A stretch of 64,000 nt of DNA from Hypanus sabinus (lineage: Eukaryota): contig NC_082719.1 of the NCBI RefSeq assembly GCF_030144855.1, positions 81,530,001 to 81,594,000 on the forward strand, read 5' to 3'. Shown here one piece after another: positions 13,068 to 24,620 of this stretch. How positions within the stretch are numbered: the first letter of the stretch is position 1; every line of letters starts with the position of its first letter. A program made the position numbers and the translations under genes. The notes under the pieces are model-generated. The model searched no databases and was not told the DNA's origin. It saw only the letters and a program-made list of their open reading frames with translations.

Positions 13068-13372
13068 GGAGCATTGTGGTACAGCTGGTAGAGCTGCTGC
13101 CTCACGGTTTAGCAACCGAGGTTCAATCCTGGCTTCCAGTACTCTGTGCAGGGAGATTGCACATTCTCCCCTTGAACTTTGGGTGCTCTGGTTTTCTTCC
13201 ACATCCAAACATGTGTAGGTTGGTAGGTTTATTAAACACAGTAAATTGCTTCTAGTGTGTAGATGGATAGTATAATCTGGATGAAGTAGATAGGAATGCA
13301 CTTTGAATAAAAATGAACTGTTTAGATGGGTGCCTGGGCTGGATAGGCCTGTTTTCATGCTGTATAACTGAC
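13068..13372 (+). mobile_element. tRNA-derived V-SINE (HE1-like)
   Basis: A/B-box-like head (tggtacagctggtagagc; ggttcaatcc), V domain gggtgctctggttttcttccaca, CR1-like tail. Confidence 0.75.
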
Positions 13373-13399
13373 TGAACACAGTACCTTCCTGCTGTGCTC

Positions 13400-13920
13400 A
13401 ATTTTATATGCTTGTCAGTCTCTACCTTGATTTAATTTGATGAGTTCCACACCCGCTTCCCCACACACAGCTCTCCAGGATTGAAAAGTATGATTCTGTT
13501 GAAAGGAAATTTCTCCTCCTCCCTATTTAAAGTGGATGGCCCCTTATTCTGAAGCTGTGCCCCCAGTTCTAGATACCCCTTCTAGGGGAAATAACATCCC
13601 TGTGTCCACCCTGTCAACATCCCTCAGAATCCTCTATTTTACAATAAAATTCAATCTTTTTCACACTTCTCCCCAGGAATTAATCCAATAAATCTTTCAT
13701 ACACTGCCTCCACTGCAAGCTCATCTTTAATAAATGCAAAGATCAGAATTATGCCCAGCGTCCTAGGTGTTGTTTCATCTGCACTCTGTAAAGGTACATC
13801 AGAACTTCCTTAGTTTGATACTCTGTAATAGAAGACAACATTCCAGTACCTGTGTTAATTATCTGCTTTGTCAGCTGATTCTGCTTTGCCTGCTGGGGCC
13901 TGCAGATCCCTTTGAAATGC
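13400..13920 (-). mobile_element. Decayed CR1 3' region
   Basis: Similar to CR1 3' sequence at 1780-2150 and 55650-56000. Confidence 0.55.
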
Positions 13921-14146
13921 AAACTGTTGTATTCTCACTTGATTTAAATAATATCTGACTTTATCATCCTTCCTTCCAAAGTAGATTACTTCACAGTTTA
14001 CCACTATCTGCCAACATCATGCCTACTTTCTTAGCCTATCAATATTTGTTTCAACACCTATTGCAATGTTTTGGTTTGCAATGTGTGAATGTCATCAAAC
14101 ACCATAGGCTTAATTATAGTAATAAACAATCTACTTAAGAAACTAT

Positions 14147-15042
14147 GGCTACATCTACACTAGACTGGATAATTTTGAAAACGCCAGTTTCACGTAAAAA
14201 CCATAGGCATCCACACTATACGTTTTTAAAAATATCTCCGTCCACATTGAAATGAAGATTTCAGCGAATCTCCTCCTAATGAGTATGCACAGGACACATC
14301 CACCGAAAACAAGCGACATGTTTGGTGTTGAATCTCGCCGTGAAAGACAGTGTGTGTTTGTTCAGTTACAGACTAGAAAAACGTAAACGACAGGCAGCTG
14401 TTGGCTCTCGCGCAGGAGGATTTAAAAGTTTTTTTAAAAATACTGAAGTTTACGGAGGCAACCAACAGGGAGTTCACGGACTGTATGACTCGGCTGATGA
14501 CAAACATTGAAAAACTGACTAACTCTGTTGCATTAATAAGGCCCCTTGTTAAATGTGTAAAACATGTCTGCATCAGTGTTATCCTGTAATTCCATACAGT
14601 GTTACATTAGGTTGTTACACATCTATTGTCACAGAAGTATTTGCATAAATAGGTAAACCACCTTCATAGAAGTAAGGACAGAAAACGGTAAAGTGAGTAC
14701 AGTATACTTATTTGTTCAGTAAGTTATGGGTCAGAGTATTTGGTGAGTACATTTCTAAATCTTCTGGCTTCAGTCTCTTTACTGTCTGTTCTGAAATTGT
14801 TAGGTTGCCTTCAAGAAAACAATGAAATGGCGCACTGCTGTCTGACAAGTGTTTTCAGATTTCTCTGGTTACCCCGTCCACACTGATCTGCACGAGCAGC
14901 GTTTTCAAAAATACCCACCCTGGAAAGAGTTTCTGAAAAGCTACAGTTTCGCGGGACGAAAATGCCGTTTTAGTGTGGACAGAGGGTAGAAACGAGAAAA
15001 AGCTTCGGTTACGGATTTATCCAGTGTAGTGTGGACATAGCC
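14147..15042. mobile_element. Non-autonomous PIF/Harbinger-like DNA transposon
   Basis: TIRs GGCTACATCTACACTAGACTGGATAA / TTATCCAGTGTAGTGTGGACATAGCC; repeated subterminal gtccacac motifs. Confidence 0.75.
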
Positions 15043-15141
15043 TACCTTTATAAGTAACTATGTTAAATTCTGTGAAGGTTTGTGTTGCTTAGTCATTAAA
15101 AGGAATTTAAACATCTCTTTTCTAATTCTTTCTTTCCCAAG

Positions 15142-15352
15142 GATTTAATTGCTGCTGCATCAGGCCTACATGTAGGCATAATTCGTGATGTGCAGCAAAA
15201 GAACAGGGTGCTTCAAGTTTTCTGTAGATCAGCAAAAGGTAAACTTTCTGGCTATCCCAAATTTCTGGTAACCCAAGCCTTGGTAGCATTGCTTACTGAG
15301 AAACGTTTTCGACATCAATCCAGTCGTGACAAAGAGGAAGCAGAGTCTAAAG
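15142..15352 (+). CDS. HERC1: HERC1-like exon 4: DLIAAASGLHVGIIRDVQQKNR...PKFLVTQALVALLTEKRFRHQSSRDKEEAESK
   Basis: ttcccaag acceptor, G|gtaggg donor, phase 0-1; VTQALVALL motif. Confidence 0.9.
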
Positions 15353-15569
15353 GTAGGGAATGTCAGAGTTCATTGTATTTTGAATTAACTGTAACTAGAT
15401 ATCTTAGTAGCATTCTGCATTTTAGTGATTTCATACCAAGTTCTGTAAGTGATATGTTTTTTAAATGATTTTTTCAGTTTAATACCTGAAGTACTGAAAG
15501 CAGTATCAGACAATGAAGCAATATTGTTTTGGTTTCAATCACTGAAGCAAATAATTTAAAAGAAATGTA

Positions 15570-15830
15570 TTAGGTTGGCCTTCACTGCAAAATGTTTTGA
15601 GTATAGGAACAAGAATATCTGACCGCAATTATACAAGGTATTAGTGAGAGCATTACTGGAGCATTGTGCACAATTCTGATATCCTCACCTAAGAAAGAAT
15701 ACACCTGCCATAGAAGGAGTGCAGTGACAAATCACCATATGGATATCACATGAGGGGAGATTGATAAATTAGACCTGTATTCACTGGATATAATAGGAAT
15801 AAAAGAAGATATCATTGAAACTGAGAAAGG
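15570..15830 (+). mobile_element. Decayed CR1 ORF2 3' fragment
   Basis: EYRNKNI..QLYKVLVR..LEHCAQF..PHLRK-like remnant. Confidence 0.55.
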
Positions 15831-16273
15831 AGATATTGCTGGACTTCATTCTGAGGAATTAGAATGATTTAGCTGAGAAAACGTGGAGAACAATCAATGT
15901 GTCATAAAATTTTAGAATGGCTATAGAGAAAAGCAGGGAACAATCTAAAGAAAATCCTTTTTAATAGAGGTTGTTTTGCCTTCTGTAAAATGAGCAGTGA
16001 TCTGACCAATGTAAAGTGAAATCTAAGGTTGGCAATATCATACCACCTGCTTGGCACATTCCCACAAGAGAATCTGAAAGATCGGGGAGCCAAAGCCAGA
16101 GCTTCCCGGTTGACAAAGGAAATAGTTTCTACTTTGTACATGGACAACTTGGGCAAAAGAACCTGTTTCCATGTCCTGTAACTCTGAATCATTTGGCTCC
16201 TTTCTTTACTGAACAATTTAGAAATTTTATTCAATAATTCTGTGTTGAAGATATTTTTTTAAATCCTTTCCAG

Positions 16274-16527
16274 ATACTCCACCTTCTTCATCTGCATATT
16301 CTTACTCATCAACACATATTGGACCCTTGGAACTAGCCAACGCACTTGCAGCGTGTTGCCTGTCTGTGAGACTGAGTTCTGGACATCGTCAGTGGGCCGC
16401 ACAGCATCTAGTACAGGTCTTATCTACCACTGAAAGGAACAATCAGTTTAGACCTCAAACTTATGCAGACCTGGCAGGGGATCTTCGGAAATGTCCCACT
16501 GTTAAGCTGGAAGCTCATGAGAACCGG
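16274..16527 (+). CDS. HERC1: HERC1-like exon 5: DTPPSSSAYSYSSTHIGPLELANALAACCLSVRLSSGHRQWAAQHLVQ...GDLRKCPTVKLEAHENR
   Basis: tttccag acceptor, CGG|gtacac donor, phase 1-0. Confidence 0.88.
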
Positions 16528-16960
16528 GTACACTTTCATTTTTGGATATTTTAACATGATTTCTGGTCCAGATTTATGATGCAAAGTAGCACAAATATTG
16601 AGGACAATGGGTAACCCTAGGTAATTTCTAAAGTAAGTACATGTTCGGCACAGCATGGTGGTCCAAAGGGCCCATATTTTGCTGTAGGTTTCCTATGTTC
16701 TTCTATGTTTCTATGTTCTATGCTAGGTAGTACAGGGAATTGAAAAACTCTTTTTGCATCGAGTACCTAAGTTTGAAGTTTTTTCTTGTTTTTCTTGGAG
16801 GTCATAAAAATAATTATTATTAATAAAAAACTTATGAAATAGAGGTTGAGCACCCTGTGATAAAGATCTACCCCTTAGTAACAATGATCAGAGAGGCACA
16901 GAGAGAATCTGTATTTACCAACAAGTAATTCTTTATTGGCTTAACTAAAATGCACTTGGG

Positions 16961-17231
16961 TTCTGTTCTGAAATTGTTAGGTTGCGTTCAATAAAACAAT
17001 GAAATGGCACCATCTGTTCGGGCACGTCATGACAGCGTCTTTAAATTTCTCCGGTTATCCCGTCCACACTGCTCCAGCCAATCCGGCATTTTCAAATTTA
17101 CATACCCTGGAGAGCATTTCTGAAGTTCTCTGTTTTCGGTGGTCAAAAATGCCATTTTAGTGGAACAGAGGGTAAAAACGAAGGGAAAAAGCTTTGGTTA
17201 TGGATTTGTCCGGTGTAGTGTGGACGTAGCC
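16961..17231. mobile_element. Partial second copy (right end) of the Harbinger-like element
   Basis: Matches 14785-15042 including TIR GTGTAGTGTGGACGTAGCC. Confidence 0.75.
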
Positions 17232-17803
17232 TGAGAATGATGTCAGGCTTGGCAGGTCAATACCTGAAGGTTTCAGGTTATTCCAGTGCAAGAATCAGTT
17301 CACAGTTCATAAAATGAGAAACAAAGATAATTAGTTTCTCGTACATCGGATGTACAACTCTGGCAGGGTTTGCAAGATATTACTTCCTACAAAGTGAAAC
17401 CCAATAACATGAATGGCAGCGATGCTTCACTACCGGATGAACTCAATACCTTCTATGCCCGCTTTGAAAGAGAGAACATAGCTACAGCTGTGAAGATCCC
17501 TGCTTCACCTGATGACCGTGTGATCTCTGTCTCAGAGGTCTATGTTAAGCTCTTTTTAAAGAGTGTGAACCCTTGCAAGGCAGAAAGTCCAGATGGAAAA
17601 CCTGATAAGACTCGGAAAACCTGTACCAACCAACTGGCAGAGTATTCAAGGACATTTTCAACCTCTCACTGCAACGGGCAGAAGTTCCCACTTGCTTCAA
17701 AAAGACAATTATACCAGTGCCTAAGAAGAATAATGTGAGCTGCCTTAATTACTATCGCCCAGTAGCACTCACATCTACAGTGATGAAATGCTTTGAGAGG
17801 TTG

Positions 17804-17998
17804 TCAGACAGACAGACATACTTTATTGATCAGGAGGGAAATTGGATTTCATTACAGTCACACCAACCAAGAATAGTGTAGAAGTATAGCAATATAAAAC
17901 CATAAATAATTAACTAATAATAAGTAAATTATGCCAAGTGGAAATAAGTCCAGGACCAGCCTATTGGCTCAGGGCGTCTGGCACTCTGAGGGAGGAGT
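17804..17998 (-). mobile_element. Rex1 family B 3' fragment nested in Rex family A
   Basis: Reverse complement of about 4693-4886 including (TGTC)n tail. Confidence 0.85.
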
Positions 17999-18280
17999 GT
18001 CATGACCAGTCTGAACTCCTGCCTTAGCAAGGACCCAGACCCATTGCAATTTGCCTTTCGCCACCATAGGTCAATGGCAGATGCCACCTCAATGACACTT
18101 CACACAGCTTTAGAGCACCTGGACAACACAAACAGCTACATCAGGCTGCTGTTCATCAACTATAGCTCAGCATTTAATACCATCATTCCCACAATCCTGA
18201 CGGAGAAGTTGCAAAATCTGGGCCTCTGTACCTCCCTCTGCAATTGGATCCTCGACTTCCTAACTGGAAGACCACAATCT

Positions 18281-19455
18281 TTTCTTTTTAAATCCTTTTA
18301 TTAATTTTCAAACAAGCATTAGAAGAAAAACAGCAAATACAGAGAGCTTGGGAGTACATAATTAATAAGGCTGGAATGTGAATACAAACAGTTAATAACC
18401 CAAATATAATAACCTCCTAAACTCATAGTGTATTACAAAAATAGAAAAATGGAAAAAAAACAAAAAAAAAAACAGCTAACCTAACTGACATGGGCTATTG
18501 TATCATATCAAGTATACATAGTAGTGTCAATAACTCCACACCTCTATCCAAATAACTAAAGGTTTAGGAAAGGTCAGTTTAACTCAAATGAAAATGTTGA
18601 ATAAATGATCTCCAGTTTTCTTCAAATTTGACCAAATTATAATTTTTTCTAAACTCAAAGAAGATATAGTTTGGGAAAACCATTGAAATGTAGTTGGGGG
18701 ATTAATTTCTTTCCAGTTCGGTAGAATAGATCTTCTAGCCATTATTGTGACAAATGTAATCATCCGCCGAGCTGAGGGGGATAAACAACTGTTATCCACC
18801 ACTGGTAAGCCAAAAATTGCAATAATAGGATGAGGTTGCAAGTTAATACTCAGAACTGTTGAAATTATACCAAAAATATCTTTCCAGTATTTTTGCAAGC
18901 AAGGGCAAGACCAAAACATGTAAGTCAATGAGGCTACTTCAGAATGGATTAGATTGTCATAGATTGGATTAGCATGAAAATAAAATCAAGCGTGTTTGTC
19001 CTTGGACATATGAGCCCTATGTACCACCTTGAATTGTATTAGGGCATATTTGGCACAAATAGAAGAGGAGTTAACTAACTGTAAAATTTTCTCCCATTGC
19101 TCTGTGGGTAAGGAACATTCTTTTTCTCATTCATTCTTAATTTTATCTGACATCCCTGGTTGTATTTTCATGATCATATTATAAATGGCGGCTACTAAAC
19201 CCTTCTGATAGGGATTGAAACCTAGAATTTTTTCTGTAATATCAATTGGGGATGAATTAGGAAAGGACTGTAACATATTATTCAAAAAATTTCTAATTTG
19301 TAAGTATCTAAAAAATTGGGCTCTAGACATATATTTATTAGACAGCTGTTCAAAGGACATAAAGCAATTATCTGAAAATAAGTCATGAAAACATGTTATA
19401 CCCCTCGTTTTCCATAGCACAAAGGCTTGGTGCATAAGAGAGGGCTGAAGAAGAA
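18281..19455 (-). mobile_element. 5'-truncated L1-clade LINE with 15-bp TSD
   Basis: ORF2 C-terminus (YMFWSCPCL..YW, FFRYLQIRNF); T-rich tail; GGAAGACCACAATCT repeated at 18266-18280 and 19456-19470. Confidence 0.88.
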
Positions 19456-20594
19456 GGAAGACCACAATCTTTGCGGATTGGTGATAACATATCCCCTTCA
19501 CTGATGATCAACACTGGTTCACCTCAGGAACATGTGCTTAGTCCACTGCTCTACTCTCGAGATGGATATGACTGTGTGGCTAGGCTTAGCTCAAATACCA
19601 TCTATAAATTTGCTGATGATACAACCATTGTTGGTAGAATCTCAGGTTGTGATAAGAGGGCATACAGGAGTGAGATATGCCAACTAGCCGAGTGGTGCCA
19701 CAACAACCACCTGGCACTCAATGTCAGTAAGACAAAGGAGCTGATTTTGGACCTCAGGAAGGGTAAGACACATACCAATCCTCATAGAGGGATTAGAAGT
19801 GGAGAGAGTGAGCAGTTTCAAGTTCCTGGGTGTCAAGATCTCTGAGGACCTAACCTGGTCCCAACATATCAATGCAGTTATAAAGAAGGCAAGATAGCGA
19901 CTATATTTAATTAGGAGTTTGAAAAGATTTGGCATGTCAACAAATACACTCAAAAGCTTCTTTTGATGTACTGTGAAGAGCATTCTGACAGGCTACATTA
20001 CTGTCTGGTATGGGTGGGCTACTGCACAGGACCGAAAAAAGCTGCAGAGGATTGTAAATTTAGTCGACTCCATCGTGGGTACTAGCCTGCAAAGTACTCA
20101 GGAGATCTTCAAGGAGCGGTGTCTCAGAAAGGCAGCATCCATTATTAAGGACCTTAAGCACCCAGGCATGCCCTTTTCTCACTGTTACCATCCAGTAGGA
20201 GGTACAGAAGCATGAAGGCACACACTCAGCGATTCAGGAACAGCTTCTTCCCCTCTGCCATCCGATTCCTAAATGGATATTGAACCCTTGAACTTTACGT
20301 CACTTTTTTAGTATATATTATTTCTGTTTTTTGCATGATTTTAGTCTATTCAGTATATGTATCCTGTAATTGATTTCTTAATTTATTATTTTTTTCCTCT
20401 TTATTATCTATTGCATTGAACTGCTGCTGCTAAGTTAACAAATAAATTTCATAATATATGCGGGTGATAATAAAACCTGATTCTGATTCCCCTGTCCTTG
20501 ATTCATCTAAATCCACTAATTTGAAACTGTAGTTTTTTTCCACTGTCCTTGAATCATTCAAATCAATTGATTTGTAGAGTGTAGTTCCTTCTGG

Positions 20595-21765
20595 CCAATA
20601 CACCCCTTAATCAAAATTCCAAAATCTGAAAACCTCGAAAATCTGATATGTTTTGAGCGCTGACATGACATCACAGATGGGAAACTCTACAAGGTACTGG
20701 GAAGGTTCCCAGGCGATGCAGTTATCAGCACACCACAGACAGCTATGAAAGTAATCTCACATATTTAATGTACAGAAGTTAATAAAAAATGAAAAACACT
20801 GCATAAAGCAGAAAAATTAAGAATCATCAGTGTTCCAGTGAACATAAACCACTTAACGGTATGCTGATAATGAAACAAGCAAAGATCTATGATGATGAAC
20901 TGAAAATTGTAGGTAATTGTGAATATTCAGCAGACTGGTTGCAGAAATTTATGAAAAGGCACAGTATTACATTTTAAGAGATTTGTAGTGTTAAAGCACC
21001 TGCTGATCACGAAGCAGCAGAGAAGTTAATAGAGCTTGCAGAAGTCATCGCTGATGAAAATCTAATGCTAAACAGCTACATCAGTACATATGTATGATAA
21101 ACGAGCATATGACAAAGTCTGCTTCCCAGTACACATAAGTTGATAGTCAGGAATGATGGCAATGCCAAACAGCCACTGACTGTTCACCTAGGCAGCCAAG
21201 GTCAGAATCAGAATCAGGTTTAATATCAATAGCATATGTTGTGAAATTTCTTAACTTTGTGGTAGCAGTTCAATACATAATAATAGAGGGAAAAAGAACT
21301 GTGAATTACAGTAAGTAGATATTTTAAATAGTTGTATTTTAAGTAGTGCAAAAAAAAAGAAATTTAAAAAAAAGTAATGGGATAGTCTTCATGGGTTCAA
21401 TATCCATTCAGAAATTGGATGGCAGATGGGGAAGAAGCAGTTCCTGAAGCATTCATTTTGTACCTTCAGGCTTCTGTACCTCTTTACTGATGTTAACAGT
21501 GAGAAGAGGGCTGTCCTAGATGGCGGAGGTCCTTGAAGATGACCTGGATACTACAGAAATCAGTGCAACTGATAGAGCTGGCTCATTTAAATGTATTATA
21601 TAAAACTACCTTCAGGGTATATACATAAGCTGTATATGTAATGTAAATGGATTTCATGTTTAGACTTGAGTTCCATCCCAAAGTGTCTCATTATACAGAT
21701 GCAAATATTCCAAAATCTGAAATACCTCTGGCCCCAAGCATTTCAGATAAAAGGTGCTCAATCTG
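20595..21765 (+). mobile_element. pogo/Tigger DNA transposon, internally deleted (Tigger4/Zombi-like)
   Basis: CENP-B-type HTH remnant (PLNGMLIMKQAKIY..WLQKFMKRH..ADHEAAEK); right end TGCTCAATCTG followed by TA; subterminal AAAATCTGA repeats at both ends. Confidence 0.82.
21202..21583 (-). mobile_element. Rex family A 3' fragment inserted in the Tigger element
   Basis: Starts tcagaatcagaatcaggttt, the reverse of the Rex A tail. Confidence 0.8.
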
Positions 21766-22260
21766 TAGTAGGTTTTTATGAATGCTGAGTAGTAGTGTAC
21801 CAAGTACTATGTATTGTTGAGTGCTAAAATAAGAGACATATTCACTTTCTAGCAGAATTTTGCTCTGAGCATAAATTTGTATCTCAAAATACTGAGTTAT
21901 GAACTGTGCGTCAAGATTTTGAAGTGTGGATGTCTGGGCAGCTGCTGTTGCACTAACAAAATCTCTTCCTCTTCCCCCTCATTCTCTCTACTGTAACCAG
22001 TCACAATAAAATTCCAATAGAATTATTTTGTTTTAAGATGCTCTGCAAATCAATATCATTAAATTGGTGAAAAGGAGGAGAGCTTTGGAATAAGATGCTT
22101 GTCAATTTGTCCTTTTCCTGATTTACCTGAATGATTTCTGTAGTAAAGCTGAGCTTTATTTTGCACATTATTGATGATTAAAAGTCAAATTGCACTGAAG
22201 ACTGTATACTTCAGAAGAAGCAAGCTCTTTATACTTTGCCTCAAAGCTTTCATTGATTGT

Positions 22261-22425
22261 AACACACACAAAATGCTGGAGGAACTCAGCAAGCCAGACA
22301 ACATATATGGAAAAGAATAAACAGTCACGCTTTGGGCCGATACCCGACACTCAGGCCTTCTGAGTTCCTCCAGCATTTTGTGTTGCTTTCAGTTTCCAGC
22401 ATCTGCACATTTTCTTGTGTTTTCA
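22261..22425. repeat. Mini inverted repeat made of two Penelope-tail copies
   Basis: CAAAATGCTGGAGGAACTCAG ... CTGAGTTCCTCCAGCATTTTG with a decayed hammerhead between. Confidence 0.75.
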
Positions 22426-22663
22426 TTGTAGGTTTCCATAGAAATCAAATAAGGCTTAATCATTTCATACTGAAAACTACTTAATATGTTTTTCTTCAGA
22501 TAAGCTTCTAAATTAAGATATTGTGAAATAAATGCTAAATAGGATGACATTTTACAAGAGAAAATTTTGCAACAAGGTATTCTTTATGTAGCTTAGGGTA
22601 AAATTACTTTTTGTAGAGTACTGAACAATTTATAATCTCTGGTTATTTTAACTTCAATAACAG

Positions 22664-22791
22664 GTTGCAAGTTCTTCCTGGTCAGTTGCAAAGGGTTTGC
22701 TAGCCACAAGTGCCCTGGATAGAACCATTCGCCTGTGGACTTTAACCAAGAATACAGTTGCATTAATACAGACAGTTTGCTTTAAAACTTG
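22664..22791 (+). CDS. HERC1: HERC1-like exon 6 (WD40): VASSSWSVAKGLLATSALDRTIRLWTLTKNTVALIQTVCFKT
   Basis: aacag acceptor, TG|gtatgt donor, phase 0-2; not in the ORF track. Confidence 0.9.
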
Positions 22792-23699
22792 GTATGTTTG
22801 CAATGTTTGAAAACTTGTAATTTCTTAGTCTCATGATACATACATATTAGAACTATTTTAGAAGATACAAATGTGTAAAATCCTCAAGTTGGGCAGTCAC
22901 TGTACTTTGCCAAAAAATGAATATGAATGGATAATTGGTTTACCAAATATTCTCTCAACATGAACAGATACATTTTAGTTCAAGCATTAAGCAGAGTTTT
23001 GTTCCTAATGCCCCTTCACCAACTCCACTTCCCATCCTGAAAGGTAATACATTCACTGTATTTCTTCCCTCATATGTATTATGTGGAACTGCTCTTTGAA
23101 CCACAAGAAATGGTTGAGAAGCTGAAACACAAGGGATAAGTATTCAAAATTTCAAAGAAGAAGAGGATTTATTAACCACTCTCTATAAATCCTCTATACT
23201 AGCACCCTCTCGGACTTGGTCTGAGCAGGCAAAAGATCTTGGTGTCAGTACTCTAGGTCAGGAAGAGGGTCTTTGATGTACCCTTCACATTATCCCTGAG
23301 CACTTTTAAACTAACAAGCATTTAAAATGCTGTAATAAGAGCTTTTTTTTCTGCAGCACACAACAGTGGCATGAAAATCTTCTTTCAGTAATGCTGATTG
23401 AAAAGGAACTAGTGGGTGGGTAGGGGCTGTGGTTGGAGATATCTTGTTGGTTATTGATTCAGGTATCTTAGAGAAACTATTGGAATTAGCAAACAGTGAT
23501 TTTAGTCTGAAGTATTAACAAAATATACCAGAAATTCTTCAAAGATCTGGTAGCACTGGAACTGACAAAATCAACCATGTGTTAAAATTCCAAGCTTGTA
23601 CTTTTCACTAATGTTTCTTGAGCTGCGATATATTTTGATCAATAATTCAGTCCTTTTCCTTGGCGACTGAGAACGTGCAAACACCACAAATTGCGATTA

Positions 23700-23905
23700 G
23701 CTGAGTTTCCTCCAAAAGCTCCAGTTTCCTTCCACGCCTCAAAGGGATGGTAGGTTCACTGGCCACTGAAAATTGCCCATAGTATGTAGGCAGGCGACCC
23801 AATTGAGGGGAACGTGGGGAGAATCAATTATGAGGAAAAAAATGTGCAAATGAGATTTCTCTGCATGTCACTATAGACTCAATAAGCCAAATAACCTCCT
23901 CCAAT
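23700..23905 (+). mobile_element. Partial V-SINE
   Basis: gtttcctccaaaagctccagtttccttccac V-domain and following HE1-like body. Confidence 0.55.
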
Positions 23906-24259
23906 ATATTAAAGAAATATAGAGGGGGTAGGATTTGATAAACTTTTCTCCTTAAATGAGGTATATAACCAGAAGTTTAAAGGGTAAAAGATTTCGAAAC
24001 ACTTTACCGAGAGAGTAATTAAAATCTGGATTGCTCTTCCTGAGGAGGTGGTGAAGGCATATCTCTCATGGCACTTAAGTATTTAGATGAATACTTAAGA
24101 TATGGTATAGAAGGTTATAGGAGTAGTTGAAATGTGTACATAATAATCTTTGCAGACAAGGTGGCCTGTTAGTCCTGTTCTGTATAACCCTACCACCCTA
24201 TAACTTGCAAAAAAAATCAGCTTATTATCCATAATTAAACTAGTGGGATTAGTCAGGTA

Positions 24260-24620
24260 AGTAGCATTTTTTGATGTTCAAAATATTTCACTGCAAATTA
24301 ATGATAGTTATAGTATATTAATAATTAAATAAGTATTGTAACAGGCAGTTTTCACAAATGTTCCCACAAGGAGGAGTGAGATAATTATCAATTATTGTTG
24401 CAGTAGAACAATAATTCCCCTGCCATTCTTTAAGTAATGGCATTAAAGATTTTTTCTGTTTAGGTTCTTTGGATATATCTTCAATACCTCAGCTGAAAGA
24501 CAATATTCAGACAAAGCTTTGGCCTTTCAGATGAAACCTCATTGTACTGGGGTTTCACCTTAACTTAAATAGTACAGTACAGCACAGTACTGGATCTTGA
24601 TTCAGAGGGCATGTGTCAGA
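24260..24620 (-). mobile_element. Highly decayed DeuSINE-like SINE
   Basis: Loose match, from memory, to Deu-domain motifs (aattcccctgccattctt..; ttcaatacctcagctgaaagaca). Confidence 0.35.

Larger units (their letters stand above)
17345..20489 (+). mobile_element. Rex1/Babar LINE (family A) carrying two nested insertions
   Basis: [49 protein letters not shown]; tail ATAAAACCTGATTCTGATTC. Confidence 0.9.

Noticed and set aside
13068-13140. tRNA-like sequence (also 51279-51345)
   Set aside because: SINE heads followed by the V domain; no complete cloverleaf.
20491-20592. Diverged tandem duplication of about 50 bp
   Set aside because: Two units without spacers; ordinary local duplication, not an array.
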